A stretch of DNA of 64,000 nt from Podarcis tiliguerta (lineage: Eukaryota): NCBI GenBank assembly GCA_965153285.1, contig OZ229112.1; one strand, written 5' to 3'. Made by a program: the position numbers and the translations under genes. Positions 38,554 to 64,000 of the stretch are shown here, one piece after another (position 1 is the first letter of the stretch; every line of letters starts with the position of its first letter). The notes beneath the pieces are model-generated. The model worked only from the letters and a program-made list of their open reading frames with translations. It was not told the origin of the DNA and made no database searches.

Positions 38554-41500
38554 AACAGCAGAAGTGTGTCCACAAAGTGTTGCAGAGAAGGGGAAGTCAC
38601 CCAAATCTGCTGCTGGCAGCAAACATGACATTATGAAAACCTGAACATACTCAGGTGGGGGCAGGCTCCTCGAAAGGGTACCTCTGCCACCAATCTTGTT
38701 AAATTCTTAGGCTTTAAAATATTTCTGCCTTAAACCGTTTGCCCTTTCAGTGACACATCGGACATGGGGCAGAAGGAAAAGGCAAAAGGCTTTCGGCAGG
38801 AATAAAGGTTGTCTTGTTGCATAAAATATAGAACAAAGGCCTGTGAGATAACCCACACAATCAGCTGCAATAACTGTGAATCATTGTTTCTGTGGGAAAT
38901 AGTGGCAGAGGAGACTGCAGTGTGTAGGAAACGCATTAGCTGTGTTACATCATCCCATTAGAATGAATACAGATAAAGTAATATACCAGCCCGGCATGCT
39001 GCACATATAAGGGCATCCGAAGCCCTATGAGTAACAAGGGAGTGCTTGTAACGTGAGATGCTGTCAGGGCTGAGGTCTGTGCAAAGTTGTAACATCTCTT
39101 CGAGGGAAAGGTGGGATTCACTTCTAGATTAAAGGGAGCAAAGCGTTGCTTTGAATCCAAGTGTGAAAATATACTTTGACAAATGTCAAAAGGCCACCTT
39201 GGGAAGATTCTGTTGCCACTCACGTCAATGTCAAAACCCATATCGATCTCAACAGGAGCTTGTACTAGATCTGGCTCTGCTTCCTTAAGGTTCCAAGAAG
39301 ATCTTTTGTTGTTTTAAAGTGTGCATCAGTTGTTTCGGGCTCATAAATGACACCTGGAAAATTCCTTTTGCTGGGATTTCCGACAGACTTGTATGTGTGC
39401 TAGCTCAGCATAGAATAGGGAGGGATAGAGTTGTAACATCAAGGACAGTCACCTGATTTCCAAATTGGGTGCGAGCTCCTTTGTTGAGATATTATCACGG
39501 ACACTTGGGAGTGGTGTCTTGGGAATTACAGGCAGAATGTGCCTGTACTTGTCTCAATTTCTGTGGCCTCAGGAGTGAGAGGAAGCCCTATCGGGACAGG
39601 TGGCAAACCTATGCTGATGCTGCCCAAAGTTACATATGTAATACTGTAAGTTAAGTTGAGCCAGAAGTTTTAATAGTTCCTAAACACACACAATATTACC
39701 CTGTGATGTGTCACCACTATTAAATGGAAAAACTTTTGAAGTAGTATCTTGGAATTCAGTATGAAATGCCGGTGGCGGCAGCAGCCTTTATCCTTCACTA
39801 AGGCTAACATATGTACCTGAACAGGAATCTCCTTTATCTAATGCCATAGTCTTGATCTGTACTGGGTCCCTACATGGGCACATGGGTAGAAACTTTAAAT
39901 GAATGTATACATCTCCTTCACAGTGCTTCGTCTGGCCCTAAGAGCAACAGCACAAAAGTTTTTCCCACTCCCTCAGCAATTCTTACACTGAAAGTTGCGA
40001 TGGATTGGGAAAAGCGGCGCCAGTTCCATCACATGGGCCTGAAACTTAGAACCAATGAAGGTGTTGGGGTGCAGGCACTCTCACCATACATGTCCTCCTC
40101 AGATGGGCATGATGAAATATGTTCTCACAAAGAGGTGGGAAGGGGCCACAAAGCAATGGATATTTATAATCCCCTCCATGGGGCTGCAAATAATTAGTGG
40201 CACTTTTGATCCACAGAACTTCATACAGGTTTGCTCTAGGAGTTCCAGTTGCCATAGAGAACATTGAAGTTTGCTCCCAAGTAATTGGATAGGTAGACAG
40301 TCGTTCTCAGAAGGTGCAAGATCCTGCAACATTCACAATGAGTTTGTTCTGTCTCCATCCCTCCCTAGTGTGACTTGCAGGTGAACTACAGTACATAATT
40401 TCGTTATTCCATTCTCTGCCAAAACCCATGCTTTGTGAAGACCAACCTAACATAAAAGGCGGAAATGACTGATTTAATGGTGCCTGATTTCCCGCCTCCA
40501 AAAAAAACCCCTGCTACTTGACAGAGTATGGTTCCAAAATATACAGATCTTTTCCTTGCAGAGCTAAAAGTAAGCTGACTTTTCATGATTGAAATTTTGT
40601 CATAGCTCTCAGAGATGAATGCTCAGTCAACTGAGCACAGCTCATTCTGTCTTGCTGCTATCAAGCTACTTTGAAAAGAGGCGAGTGGGACTCACACTCA
40701 TATTTAACTGTGAAAAAATCAGCTGAGTAAAAGCTGTAGGATATCAAGAAATTTTATTTGTTCGTTGGGACTGAAACACATATGAAGCCAGTCTATTTGA
40801 AGGTAGCTGATGTTACGCATTACTATGACATTTCCTCTTTTGGATGCTTCATTGATTTCGTTCTTCATCTCAAGATCTCACTGAGTATATTGATCAGGGG
40901 GACAGTAACACATCCTCTGTACTCAATTCCTTTTGGGACCTGGTTTCACCACCCATGAATCTGTGGAGGAGTCCACCCAATTTTTTTTAAGCCTGCTGGA
41001 TTCAGTGCCCCCTTTGACATACATAGCGACACCACCTCCCGAATGTCCTACCCTGTCCTTCCTGTAGAGTTTGGAAACCAGGGCAACGCTACTGAAAAAG
41101 CCCTCTCCCTTGTGCCTTCTTCTGATCCTGAAGGCAATTGGGGAAGGGCTTCAGTAGCAGATCTGAAGACCTGGGCAGGATGTGTCAAGCTATTCCTTCA
41201 GAGGACCTTACTTTTTGGTACTGAAAGCCAGTCTGAGGAAGGACTGTGGCTCAGTAGAAACACCATCACAGATGGTCTCAGTTTCAATCCCTAACAGCTC
41301 CAAGCTGGGCTGGGAATGTCCCTGTCTGTCTTGGTTTACGGCAGCTTCCTCTATTCCCCGTTTCCCCTCTGTTATTGACAGCCTTGTCTTCTGTCAATAA
41401 TTAGCTGAAAGGCTCGTTCACCTTGAGACTCTTTAGCTTTCTTGGCAGGCACACTTCCTGTTTCTTCGTCTGCTGCACAAATTATAGCTGCTTTTGGGTC

Positions 41501-41979
41501 GGCAAATCAGGAAGTCTGACGAGTGCTATTTTTGCACACTTCAGCTCCTTGTTTCCGTTCTCCAGAGACTCTTAGCAGTGCCTCTTCCCATGGCGATGGC
41601 AGATTCATTGGTACTGTCTGCTGCTGCTGCTGCTGAACTGTAGCTCCAAGTCTGACCAGCAAGAGAACAATGAGCATTAGGCCTGTAGGCAACAAAATCC
41701 ACTACACTGCAGCAAGTGCTGAGAATTACTGCATATTACCAACTCGAAGAGTAGGGGTGGGAGAGAACTGGCCAGAGTAATCATATTGTGCTGGTAATGA
41801 GGGGTGTGCAAGGGAGAGGGGAAACAAAGTTTTGTTATTCCATTCATTTCAAAACTTCTTTAATTTCGCTATTCATTCATTAAAACCACATTCCTTTCAT
41901 TATCGTTTTTATGCCATTGCATACAGACCATACATTTAAAGCACATTTCTGCCTGTTGGAAAATGAATCCTGGAAACTA

Positions 41980-42224
41980 CGATGGTACCTTGGGTTAAGA
42001 ACTTAATTCGTTCTGGAGGTACATGCTTAACCTGAAACTGTTCTTAACCTGAAGCACCGCTTTAGCTAATGGGGCCTCCCGTTGCCGCTGCAGCACCGCC
42101 GGAGCACGATTTCTGTTCTTATCCTGAAGCAAAGTTCTTAACCCGAGGTACTATTTCTGGATTAGCAGAGTCTGTAACCTGAAGTGTCTGTAACCCAAAG
42201 TGTCTGTAACCCGAGGGACCACTG
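41980..42224. mobile_element. Tc1/mariner MITE
   Basis: Same family as 17776, 28870 and 30376; TA flanks; inserted in an older ctgggaactgtag-type repeat. Confidence 0.88.
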
Positions 42225-43202
42225 TAGTTGTTAAGGGTGCTGGGAACTGTAACTCTGAGATGGATATACTACAGTTCCCAGGATTGTTTAGGTGAAGCCA
42301 TGTGCGCATGCAGCCTGAACTACAAAGTACCTTGTTCAAAGCTTCCTCAACCACAATTCCGTGGGGTACCATAGGCAAACCCCTGGAATCTCACAGGGCT
42401 CAGAGATTGGGGTGCAGTGTAACAGTATCTATAGCATCATTGTGTTGTTGCTTTTAAAGCCTAGGGATAACAATTTCCCTAGGATTTGAAACATAAGAAC
42501 ATCTACCACTTGAACTATAAAACTAACCGTACTGGCTGGCAGGCCCTGTTAAATCCTGCAAGTGTTTATTATCAAAACTACTATACTAAGTACTCTCTGG
42601 CAAGACTGTGGAGAGTAGAAGTTTATCTCCCTTTTCAACCCCCAATGGAAACCTCCCAAGAGATACTGAATTACAATTCCATGCAATGCTGTATGTTTCA
42701 TCCTTTTTAAATTAGCATGTAACAATATTAATCAAATGCAGAGAGCAAAGATGCACTTGTAGCATTAAAGTGAATCAATACTTTTGTCATCTCATTCATC
42801 ATTTACAAGTTATAGCAACCCATTATACTTACCCAGGGCTACTTAGGGAGTTTATTGCTAATGTTAGATTTGACCCTAAATCCATAAGGCCCAAGTCAAA
42901 CATAATGACTACTAAATTGCCATGGAACAGAGAGCTACTGCAATGCTATTCCTGCACATCGGTTTTGGGTTTATTGCAAAACCCACCTTAAAAAAGAAAC
43001 GAGAGAGACCTCCTTGGCCACATACTGCTTCATACAAGGGACTGTGGTTCTTGGACTATGTGCTGCTTTGTGAAATTACTCCTCCCAGAATGACATTTTC
43101 TCCCTCCCGTCTCTTTAGGTAAATGAATGTTGAAAGCTCATGTCTCCTTATCAAGCACATAAATGCTTATTTGCAAGTTTAACATCACTTACCAATGAAG
43201 AT

Positions 43203-43557
43203 GGGGTGCGGGTGGCGCTGTGGTCTAAACCACAGAGCCTAGGGCTTGCCGATCAGAAGGTCGGCGGTTCGAATCCCCGCGACAGGGTGAGCTTCTGTTG
43301 CTCGGTCCCTGCTCCTGCCAACCTAGCAGTTCGAAAGCACGTCAAAGTGCAAGTAGATAAATAGGTACCGCTCTGGCAGGAAGGTAAATGGCGTTTCCGT
43401 GTGCTGCTCTGGTTTGCCAGAAGCGGCTTAGTCATGCTGGCCTCATGACCCGGAAGCTGTACACCAGCTCCCTTGGCCAGTAAAGCGAGATGAGCACCAC
43501 AACCCCAGAGTCGTCTGCGACTGGACCTAATGGTCAGGGGTCCCTTTACCTTTACCT
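43203..43557 (+). mobile_element. Sauria SINE, full length
   Basis: A box tggcgctgtgg, B box ggttcgaatccc, (ACCTTT)n tail; TSD atgaagatgg. Confidence 0.95.
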
Positions 43558-45639
43558 ATGAAGATGGATAAAAACTCCCCTCCACCCTACACACAAACTG
43601 ACAACTGATTGATTTGAAACTATATTTAAAATGACAGCACTACAGCCGACAAATATCCAGCTTAGTCTGTCTTCTATTTCTACTAGTTTAGTAGATGCTG
43701 GGCAACACTGTCTATAAAGTGTACTAATGGCTATTTGGCACTAGCATGAGTCTGCTGAATTTTCATATCCGGATACTATTTTGACATGCTGCCAATATTT
43801 CCCCATGGAAAACAATTATGAGCTGTATTAGCATGGGACTTCATGGGACTATATAAAGCAATCTTCTCAGTACAAAAGGCTTCCTCTCTGTCAAAGTTTA
43901 ACAGTTAAATACTTAAGCAGTTAAGAGTTTCTTTTTGAAATGTGGAAAATGCCTAATATTTTCTATTTTAAGCAATCTATATATAATACAGTGACCCCCA
44001 AGGACATTTGGTGATTGTGAATGAACAGCTGGCCAAAAAAACTTCAAAACACCATCCATATATAATCTGCTCCCCTTTTTTTACAATACTAAGTTCAGTG
44101 CTAGTATTAACTCCTTACTGTTGAGAGCGTTTCAGAGACCAAGGCTGTGTACACACTGTAACTTTAAAGAACAGTTGAAGCACATTCCCCCCACCTCAAA
44201 GAATTCTGGGCACTGTAGTTTGTTAGATGTTGCTGGCAATTGTAACTCCGTAGGGGGTAAACTACAGTGCCCAGAATTCTTTGAGGGAAAGATTGTGCTT
44301 TTGATGAGCTTTCAAGTTACGGTGTGTACACAGCCCAAGAAACACACCATTTACTGGGGCACTATTTAGGAAAGGAAAGTGCTAACAGTTCCCATATAGA
44401 AATGCCCTGGATTCAGGAATGACCTACACTGCAGCCTAGAAGTTTATTTACTCTGGTTGCCCCCAAAACAGCAGTAGTTCCAAAATGCTTTAATAAACCG
44501 AAGCGTCTTTGAGAATCTATTCTGCTGCTTTGTCACAGAGGGATATATTTCGATGCTGTGTGCCCTGTCATCTTACTGTACTGTAACTGGATGCTGAGTT
44601 ACACCATTATCCTCTGCTCTGTTGTGGTCATGGCGAGAGATTGTTGGGGGGAAGCACTTTAAAATACTCCCCTTCATTGAAATCAATGGGACAAAAAGTG
44701 CTTACATCAAGTTTGGGACTATTTAGAAGTTGCAGTTACAAATGGTCGCATTTGGAGGCCAGGTTTGACAGATGGACGGAGCCACCCACCTGAAGTCACA
44801 ATTATGTCAGTTTTTTTGCCCATAGCCATCCTAAGAAGCCCTATTTAAAGTGCTATCTTGCCCAGCACTTTTTACAGGACTTTGTGGGCTCTACCAACCA
44901 TTGCTTCCTGCAAAGACCTCCATTGGCTCAGCCAGGCTTTACCTGCTCCACACCTGATGTCTTGGTTGAAATGGCCTGGCAGGCCTAATTAGGTCTGTAA
45001 GGTCTACAATGACTGGTGATGGCTCTCCAGGGTATGGGACAGGAGTCTCTCCCAACCATACCTATCAATGGCTACTACCTATGATAGCTATGCCCTAGCC
45101 CCATTTTTTGAGGCAGGATCCTTCTCAATACCAGCAGCTGGAAATCTTACATAGGGGAGAATGCTCAAGGTCCTGCTTGTGAGTTTCCCGCACACACCTG
45201 GTTGGGTGCTGTGAGAACAGGATTCTGGACTAGATGGGCCATTCACCTAAAACCGCAGCACTCTTCTTGCCTGGAACCACTTGCATGCAAGACGCATGCT
45301 CCACCCATGAGCTATGGGTCTTCTCGTGGGCAAGTGCATTGCCTGACAGGTTGCTTTTGAAGGAGCATCTTCCAGTGCCCTTTTTTAAGAAATTGCAACG
45401 GATAATTTTTCTCTGGGGTTGACAGTCCCTGCCACGGGGCCTGGACCATGAGTTCTTCAGCTTGCTGTGTGGAACCTCCCAACCGATTTCACTTCCAACC
45501 TGATCTCAGGAAGGAGAAGCAGATGTCCAAGCAGGCCTAAACGGGGCTTTCCGTGTGCTAGCAAGCATCCTCCTCCAACAGCATCCTTTTATTTTACAAT
45601 TGCCATGGCTGTCGGACGTTTGCATGGCAGCACCGGTGA

Positions 45640-47180
45640 TGGAAAAGGAGGTTGGTGGTCGGCGGCACCAGTAGCGCGTCCCTCTCTGCACCACCGAAGC
45701 GCCCCTGCAGCCCTTATATCACAGGATCGCACTGCAAACCCCATGATACCCCGACCTTCTCCTTTCCTGCCATTGCAGCAGGACCAGAAACCCGCAGCCT
45801 TGCTCTCCCCTTTCCCGCCACTCTTTCCCTCCAGGAGCCGCAGCAGCAGCAGCGCTTCGCCTCGCTTCCGCACCGTCTCGTGCCTCGCCCTGCCCAGGGA
45901 AGGAGAGAAGAACGCGCGTGAGAGAGAGAGAAAAGGGAGAGGCGGAGAAAGGGCGGGGAAGGGAAGGAGAGGAGAAGGTGGTGGTGGTGGGGCGGCCTTG
46001 TAGCAGCATCGCCATGGCGACAGTGACGTCAGCCCACCCTGGACCTAATTGGAGGAAACCCCGTGGCCCCAGCTGCAGAAGCAGCAGCAGCAGTGCACGG
46101 GCCAACCGAACTTGCGCGCCCTCCCTCCCAGCCGCCCGCGACTTTTCTGCTCACCTTCGCGGCGGCGCGCAGGAGGGCGATTGGCCGCGCCGCGCTGTGG
46201 GGCGGGGCACGGGCTCGGGCAGCGCGCGCCGATTGGCTGAGCTGCAGGCGAGCGCGGGCCTAGCAGCGGGAGAGGTTCGCTTTGTGCCAACGCCCTTTTA
46301 GCAGCAGCAGCGGCGGGAGCAGCAGCAGCAGCAGCGCTGGTTCTGTGGCTGGAGACGGGAGCGGTTTTCTCTCGCTCTTTCTCTCTCCCCCCCTCCCTCC
46401 TCTCCTCCTCCTCCTCCTCCTCCTCCCCACCTTCTTGATCCAGCCCCGGAGCGGAGCGAGCGCAGTCGACCCAGCAGGCGCCCGCCGGCCCGGCCTAGCG
46501 CCTCAGCGGACCCAGGTGAGAGGGCGACGGCGGCGGCCTTGGCGGCGAGGCGAGGCGCGCTTCCCGCTTCTCCCCTCCCTCCCTCCCTGGCTGCGCGCCT
46601 TCCCTTGCCTAATCCCTGCCGCGTCGTCCATTTTGTGGAGGCGGCGCGGAGCTCCCGGAGTCGTCGTCGTCGTCCCCTCCGCCGCCGCCTCCGCCATTTC
46701 GTACCGGCCCTGCAGAGCCAGCCCCGGCATTTCCTGAGGGACGGCGGGAAAGGAGACGGGCGGGAGCGCGGCTGAGGGCAGGGCAGGCGAGGCTGGGTGG
46801 CTGCCACCCGTGCCTCACTCGCTCCCTCCTCCGCCTGCGGGGACAAAGGCAGCGCGGAGCCGCCGCCGCCTTTTCCCTTTGCCTCCGTGGGAGGGGGAAG
46901 GGGAGGAATCGGTCGTTCTCTCGCTTCTCTCCCCCCCCCCCCCACATCACCTTTTTATTATCCAGGAAAATCGGCGGCTTTTTATCTCTCCCCCACCAAA
47001 AGCTTCGACACTCCTTTCTCCTTCCTTTTTGTTACTTTGCACATCGTCCTCCTCCAACGCCAAGCGAATCGCCCCGGGCTTCTCCGCCTCTGCACTCTTC
47101 TCTTCCATCTTCCTTCCCACACCAGTCCCGCCTGCCAGGCATTGCTTAGCGATCTGCCCCTGAGAAGAGTTGCTCGTCCT
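45640..47180. promoter_or_regulatory. YWHAQ CpG-island promoter
   Basis: Very GC- and CpG-rich; CRE TGACGTCA 46024-46031, inverted CCAAT (ATTGG) at 46048, 46180 and 46232, GC box GGGGCGGGG near 46199, YY1-like CGCCATTT near 46692. Confidence 0.9.
46290..46515 (+). other. YWHAQ: Probable non-coding exon 1 of YWHAQ (5' boundary approximate)
   Basis: Lies downstream of CCAAT/GC boxes in the CpG island; strong donor CAG|GTGAG with GT at 46516. Confidence 0.7.
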
Positions 47181-47945
47181 CTTCTTCTCCCACTGCACCT
47201 TGTGTGCCTTTTCTCTCTCTGCTCCTTTTTTTCCTCCTCCCCTTACCCGCCATTCACAAGTCCAGGTTGTAGGTCACCTACGGCGCCACTTCCATTCTCC
47301 TCTTCTTAGCCTGCTTTCTTACAAACACTGCATGGGGTTTGTGGGTGGGTGGTTTTAGGACGTAACGTTTGGATTCTCTCTCCCCCCTCCCTTGACAGGA
47401 ATCTTTTTTGTGTCTTGGGTCTTTAAAAAATCACAGACCAGTCTCTAGTGCCCAACTCCAGCATCATACACCTTGGATCTGTATGCTACACTATTCCTGA
47501 CCGCCATTTCCAAAGGCCTGGCATCTCCTGTCCACAAGGTGCTGGAAATCTCTTAGGTAGGGAGGGCCTAATACCTGTTCTGGACATGAGTGCTTCTTCC
47601 ACTTATGTTATCTCCACAGGCCCTGTTAGTGTTCCCTGGTTGACAGAAATGTTTTGGGAATGGTACATTTTTTTGTCAGCTTGGTTTGAATTGAGGCTTT
47701 TAGTGACTGTTTCTCAATGGCCTTTGTTTAAGTTGCTCTGTCTCTTGTGGTTTGGATTTCCTAAATCTATAGGAGCTTTTTGTATGGCTGGTAACTCTAT
47801 TCCTTAGGAGTACTGTACAGGTTTCAGAATATTTGTCTCTTCCTGTTCCAGGTTTTGAGGTGCCTTCTGACTTTGTGAAAGGCCCTGCTGTTCCTTTCCC
47901 CCTACTAAATCAGTTGCCTTGCTGCTTATACCATTGCTGGCCAAC

Positions 47946-59908
<11,963 letters not shown>

Positions 59909-60980
59909 ACTGCATATGGAGTGTCATTCCCCTTCTCAAGAAACCTTTTTACACGTCTCATTCCTTATAGCTCCACTTGGATTTCCTATAGCAAAGAGAA
60001 GCCATCCATGTGTATGGAAATCAATTTATAGTCTTTTCACACTGCAGCTTTGGGAAAACTCCATTCCTTGATTTGTGTTTTGTCCTGGCCTTCCTGGTGT
60101 GCGTTTACTGCTGTAGAAAAGTATTAATACTGGCTTAATTTCCATATAAACATAAGTAACTTCCAAACACTTATGTAGCGGACTAAAGTTTCTGGTATTT
60201 AAAAAGAAATCTGAACCAGTTCCTGCAAGCAACTGTGGTGGGGTTTTTTCTTTTGGTTTCTTTTTTGGTATTACAGTGATGAAATGAAAATGTAGTTAAT
60301 GCAACTAAAGAGTGTTCAACACAGTTCAATTCTCCACATTCCCTTTTTATTCTGCAGGGGTTTCTTGGTGATTTGACTTTCCCGTGCTACTGTGTATTCG
60401 TTTCTGTAGGATCTGGGGTGTCTTGGGCCAAATGGGAAGCATGTCAGAGTGGCTTCCTATATGTGTGTACAGCAGGAGCTACTGAGTGTTTTAAATACAG
60501 GGATTCTTCTTACTCTTCAGTTGCTGCTGTTCAACTGCTATCCCCTCCCAATAAAATTTCACTTACACTCCTGCCTTTGTAGTTCTGGTATTCACTTGAT
60601 TATGTACTAGAAGCAGCATGTTACTGCCAGAATACAGGGAGTGCCTTTTTGGCAGACTAAATTGCATGTCATTTCTTAACACTGGAATGGGGGCGGGGGG
60701 AAGAGGTCATATGTCCGAGTATAAAACTTTTCCATGCAGATTTGTGCACATGTATGAAGGTGTCAAGTTCGTCCAGTGATTGTTCCTTAGATAGATGGAC
60801 CACTATTGTGTGTTGCTAATCATTGATTGTAGTCCCAAAAAAGCCTTGTGAAAATGTTAATGCCCTATGTAACAAAATAACATTAAATAAAATTACATTT
60901 TATAAACCACTAAACTGTTGCGCTTTGTAACATTTGCATGCAGCTTCGTCTAAGAATAAATCCCATCTAAACTGTTTTAC
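59909..60980 (+). other. YWHAQ: YWHAQ 3'UTR with polyadenylation signals
   Basis: Repeat-free AT-rich sequence after the stop; AATAAA at 60550, 60886 and 60955. Confidence 0.75.
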
Positions 60981-63468
60981 TATGCTGTAACCGAACAGTT
61001 TTCAAACCTGTAATGCTTGCATCGTGTGTGTGTGCGTTTGTGGGCGTGTGTGCACTTCTTTGATGCATTGCATGAAGTAAGATGATCTGCATTCACTAAA
61101 GTTTTTAACATATAGCATGCATTCTCTTACATATGTATAGTGCATTGCAATGCTACTGTTACAAGAGGTATTCATACAGGTAAATTGAAGCATTCTGAAA
61201 ATACTACCTGCTTTAACAGGGGCCTCCTACCTAGAGCCACATTTAATTAGCTTTAGGAATGCTCCAGCAACAGACCAATCACCTGGACCCTAAATAGAAG
61301 CATTTCTAAAAGTAGCTTTTAAAAGACAAACATACTGTGGCGTAAAAAAGGCAGAACTCAGGTCATGGGGGAAATGCTTATCCCAAAACTATTCCGCATG
61401 CACTTGCATTTGGTGTGCTGGACCATTTACCACATAGTTTTGCCATGCTGGTTGTGCAGCTGATTGGACCTTCTTGTGCTAGTCGCTCAATTTTATTTAT
61501 TAAGACTGCTAATCGGTCACCTTGCAAATACACTCAAGGTGGTGAACATATGTAATTTAAACCTGTAAGAACAAAACTGCATTGAACCAAACAGCTGGGT
61601 GAGCCAAAGCTAAAACTACAAATACATAGTCCTTACTGCCTTTCAAAGGTAAATTGGGAGGACTTGGGGGGGGGGGGGAGCTTATTCCATTGAGGGAAAA
61701 TACCCTGGTTTTCTATGCCTGCTCTTAAACTTCTGGACGATGGTACTCAAAGCAGAGCCTGATCTGAGCACCACAGCTTGCATTGTGAACAATCTAAGAA
61801 GCGGTCCTCTCCATGTTAATGTGGGATCAGGTTGTGAAAGGTTCTAAATGCATGCAATATTTACACAGGCAAATATCCTGTGTCCTGTATATTGTTTGTT
61901 TTGGGACCAAAACCTCACTGCAACTCTCTTCAGCTTTTGTTACCTATGTTCTTTAACACCCTTTGACATCTCAATCAGGTGCCAGTATTCTAAAGACAAG
62001 TATTTTCAGAAAAGGAATACTTGCAACATTCCCCTTCTTTCCCATATTCTGTCTAGTTGCTTCACTTGGGTTTCCAGTTGGGCAATTTTGCTTTGGTAGG
62101 CAGGCTACAAATAATTTATTATTTATACCCTGCCTATATGGCTGGGTTTACTGGGTGGCTTACAGTATATATAAAAACATGGTAAAACATCAAACATTAA
62201 AAACTTCCCAATGCAGGGCTGCGGTCAGATGTTTTCTAAAATTAGGGAGTTCTTTATCTCAACATCTGAAGGGTCTTTCACAGGGAGGGTGCCACTACTG
62301 AGAGAAGGCCCTCTGCAGATTAATGGCAGATTAATCACAAAGCGTGGTTCCCATGTTAAGGTATTACAGTGGTAGGGTTGCCCTAGGAGAGCCACAAATT
62401 AATGGAGCTTGGGAATGGTTAAACAAAGGTTTAGAAATTACATGCATGAAACGGTAAACTTACTGAGAATCTATAATTGGTGACTTCACACCTCCATAGT
62501 GGGCCGAATGTCTATAGCATATGCTGGAGTCACTAATGTGTGCTGCTGTACACAGGGAAATTGTGCCACCACTTTTAAGTGTACACCCTGGTGACTGCTA
62601 CAGTGTATAACAGCATGTGAAGTTTAGCATATTGGTGGAGTCCACATATTTGGTGTCATTGATGATGGCTATGACAAGCGTGGGGATGAGGAAGCTTTGT
62701 CAAGTTTTGTGGCATAAATACTCCATTACTAAGTGGCATGTATTGTAGAAAATGGGAATAATGATGTGATCCTGTACATGCTTGCTTAATAAAGTAGGTG
62801 GTGCTTGGGGGTTGGCTCCTGTTAACAGTATACACTGAATCTTCTCAGTAGTTAAACAAATGAGTCATTTGCTCATTTTCCGTCACCACTTCCTTTGAAT
62901 ACCTTTGAATTGTCATTAATGGTGAAGCAAAACTGCTTCCAAAGAAAAGGTTGCTTTTCACTTCCCCATCTTCTGTGTCAGGTTTTCCAAATCTTGCCCC
63001 TCCAGGACTAGTAACCCAGACCTTACTGGACCACACTTGGTGGCTTACCCCTGTGCTGCGGCTTCTGAATTGGATGAGAACCTACAAGCAGCAACCTTGA
63101 CCATGACCTGTGCTTAGAATCTTAAGTTTATAAACCTAATTTAGGAGTAGAGTGCCCTCTTTATAAACCTAATTTAGGAGTAGAGTAGCACACCACATCC
63201 TTAAGAAAATTAGATGGCAGCAAGAATGTAAACTTGTGGCAGTTGTGAAGCTGTTATGCCTAAAAGGCTAGGAATGTTACGTGATCAAGGTAGAAATCTC
63301 TAGAAGTTCCCAATTTATAACGGGAACAGTGAAGTGAACCTCTTTGATCATTCTGTGACAGCCAGCAGGTGGCGCTGTGGATTTTTACCAAAACAGATTT
63401 GATGGAAATGCAAGTTTCTGTGCCAAAAGCCAAAGTGGAGAATAACCTTGAGGCCTGTGTTCTAGGTA

Positions 63469-63828
63469 AAAGGTAAAGGTAAAGGGATCCCTGACCATTA
63501 GCTCCAGTCGTGACTGACTCTGGGGTTGCGGCGCTCATCTCGCTTTATTGGCCGAGGGAGCCAGCGTACAGCTTCCGGATCATGTGGCCAGCATGACTAA
63601 GCCGCTTCTGGCGAACCAGAGCAGCGCATGGAAACGCCGTTTACCTTCCCACCAGAGCGGTACCTGGTACCTATTTACTTGCACTTTGACATGCTTTCAA
63701 TCTGCTAAGTTGGCAGGAGCAGGGACCGAGCAACGGGAGCTCACCCCGTCACAGGGATTTGAACCACCGACCTTCTGATTGGCAAGTCCTAGGCTCTGTG
63801 GTTTAACCCACAGCGTCACCCGCATCCC
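63469..63828 (-). mobile_element. Sauria SINE, full length
   Basis: 12-bp TSD gtgttctaggta at 63457-63468 and 63829-63840. Confidence 0.95.
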
Positions 63829-64000
63829 GTGTTCTAGGTAGCCCATTCTAATTTAAAGGAAAGGGCAGCCACTAGAGCCGAGGATCTAGTGCACTGTTAG
63901 TAATGAAGACAAAAAGCTGTTCAAAATGATTACACCAGTTTCACAAGGTGAAGTGTTCAACCTGGAATTTGAGGAACAGTCATAACTCCTGGCTCTTCCG

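Noticed and set aside
45467-47309. Many overlapping Arg/Gly/Pro-rich ORFs
   Set aside because: Stop-codon depletion in the CpG island; low complexity and no homology

Overview
Vertebrate (squamate reptile, most likely a lacertid lizard such as Podarcis, judged from Sauria SINE, Squam3-like SINE, Bov-B and CR1 content) genomic DNA, about 64 kb. It holds the complete YWHAQ (14-3-3 theta) gene on the + strand: CpG-island promoter at about 45.6-47.2 kb, a non-coding exon 1, five coding exons (47946-59908, 245 aa) and a 3'UTR to about 61 kb. The ~45 kb upstream is repeat-rich intergenic DNA (Bov-B, L1, CR1, L2 tails, SINEs, Tc1/mariner and hAT MITEs). The standout is an intact, intronless, CpG-rich SH3-SH2-SH3 ORF at 22542-23267 (-). 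It is gap-free collinear with GRB2 but only about 62% identical by my manual count against human GRB2 as recalled. It looks like a preserved GRB2 retrogene with the phosphotyrosine pocket kept, the SH2 specificity residue Trp121 replaced by Gly, altered SH3 surfaces, and a C-terminal tail and stop codon apparently taken from a MITE. Other candidates are an orphan RFX/GC-box/TATA promoter near 9.0 kb and an X1-X2-Y-like module in the YWHAQ promoter. Repeat family names and reference protein comparisons come from memory, not from searches.
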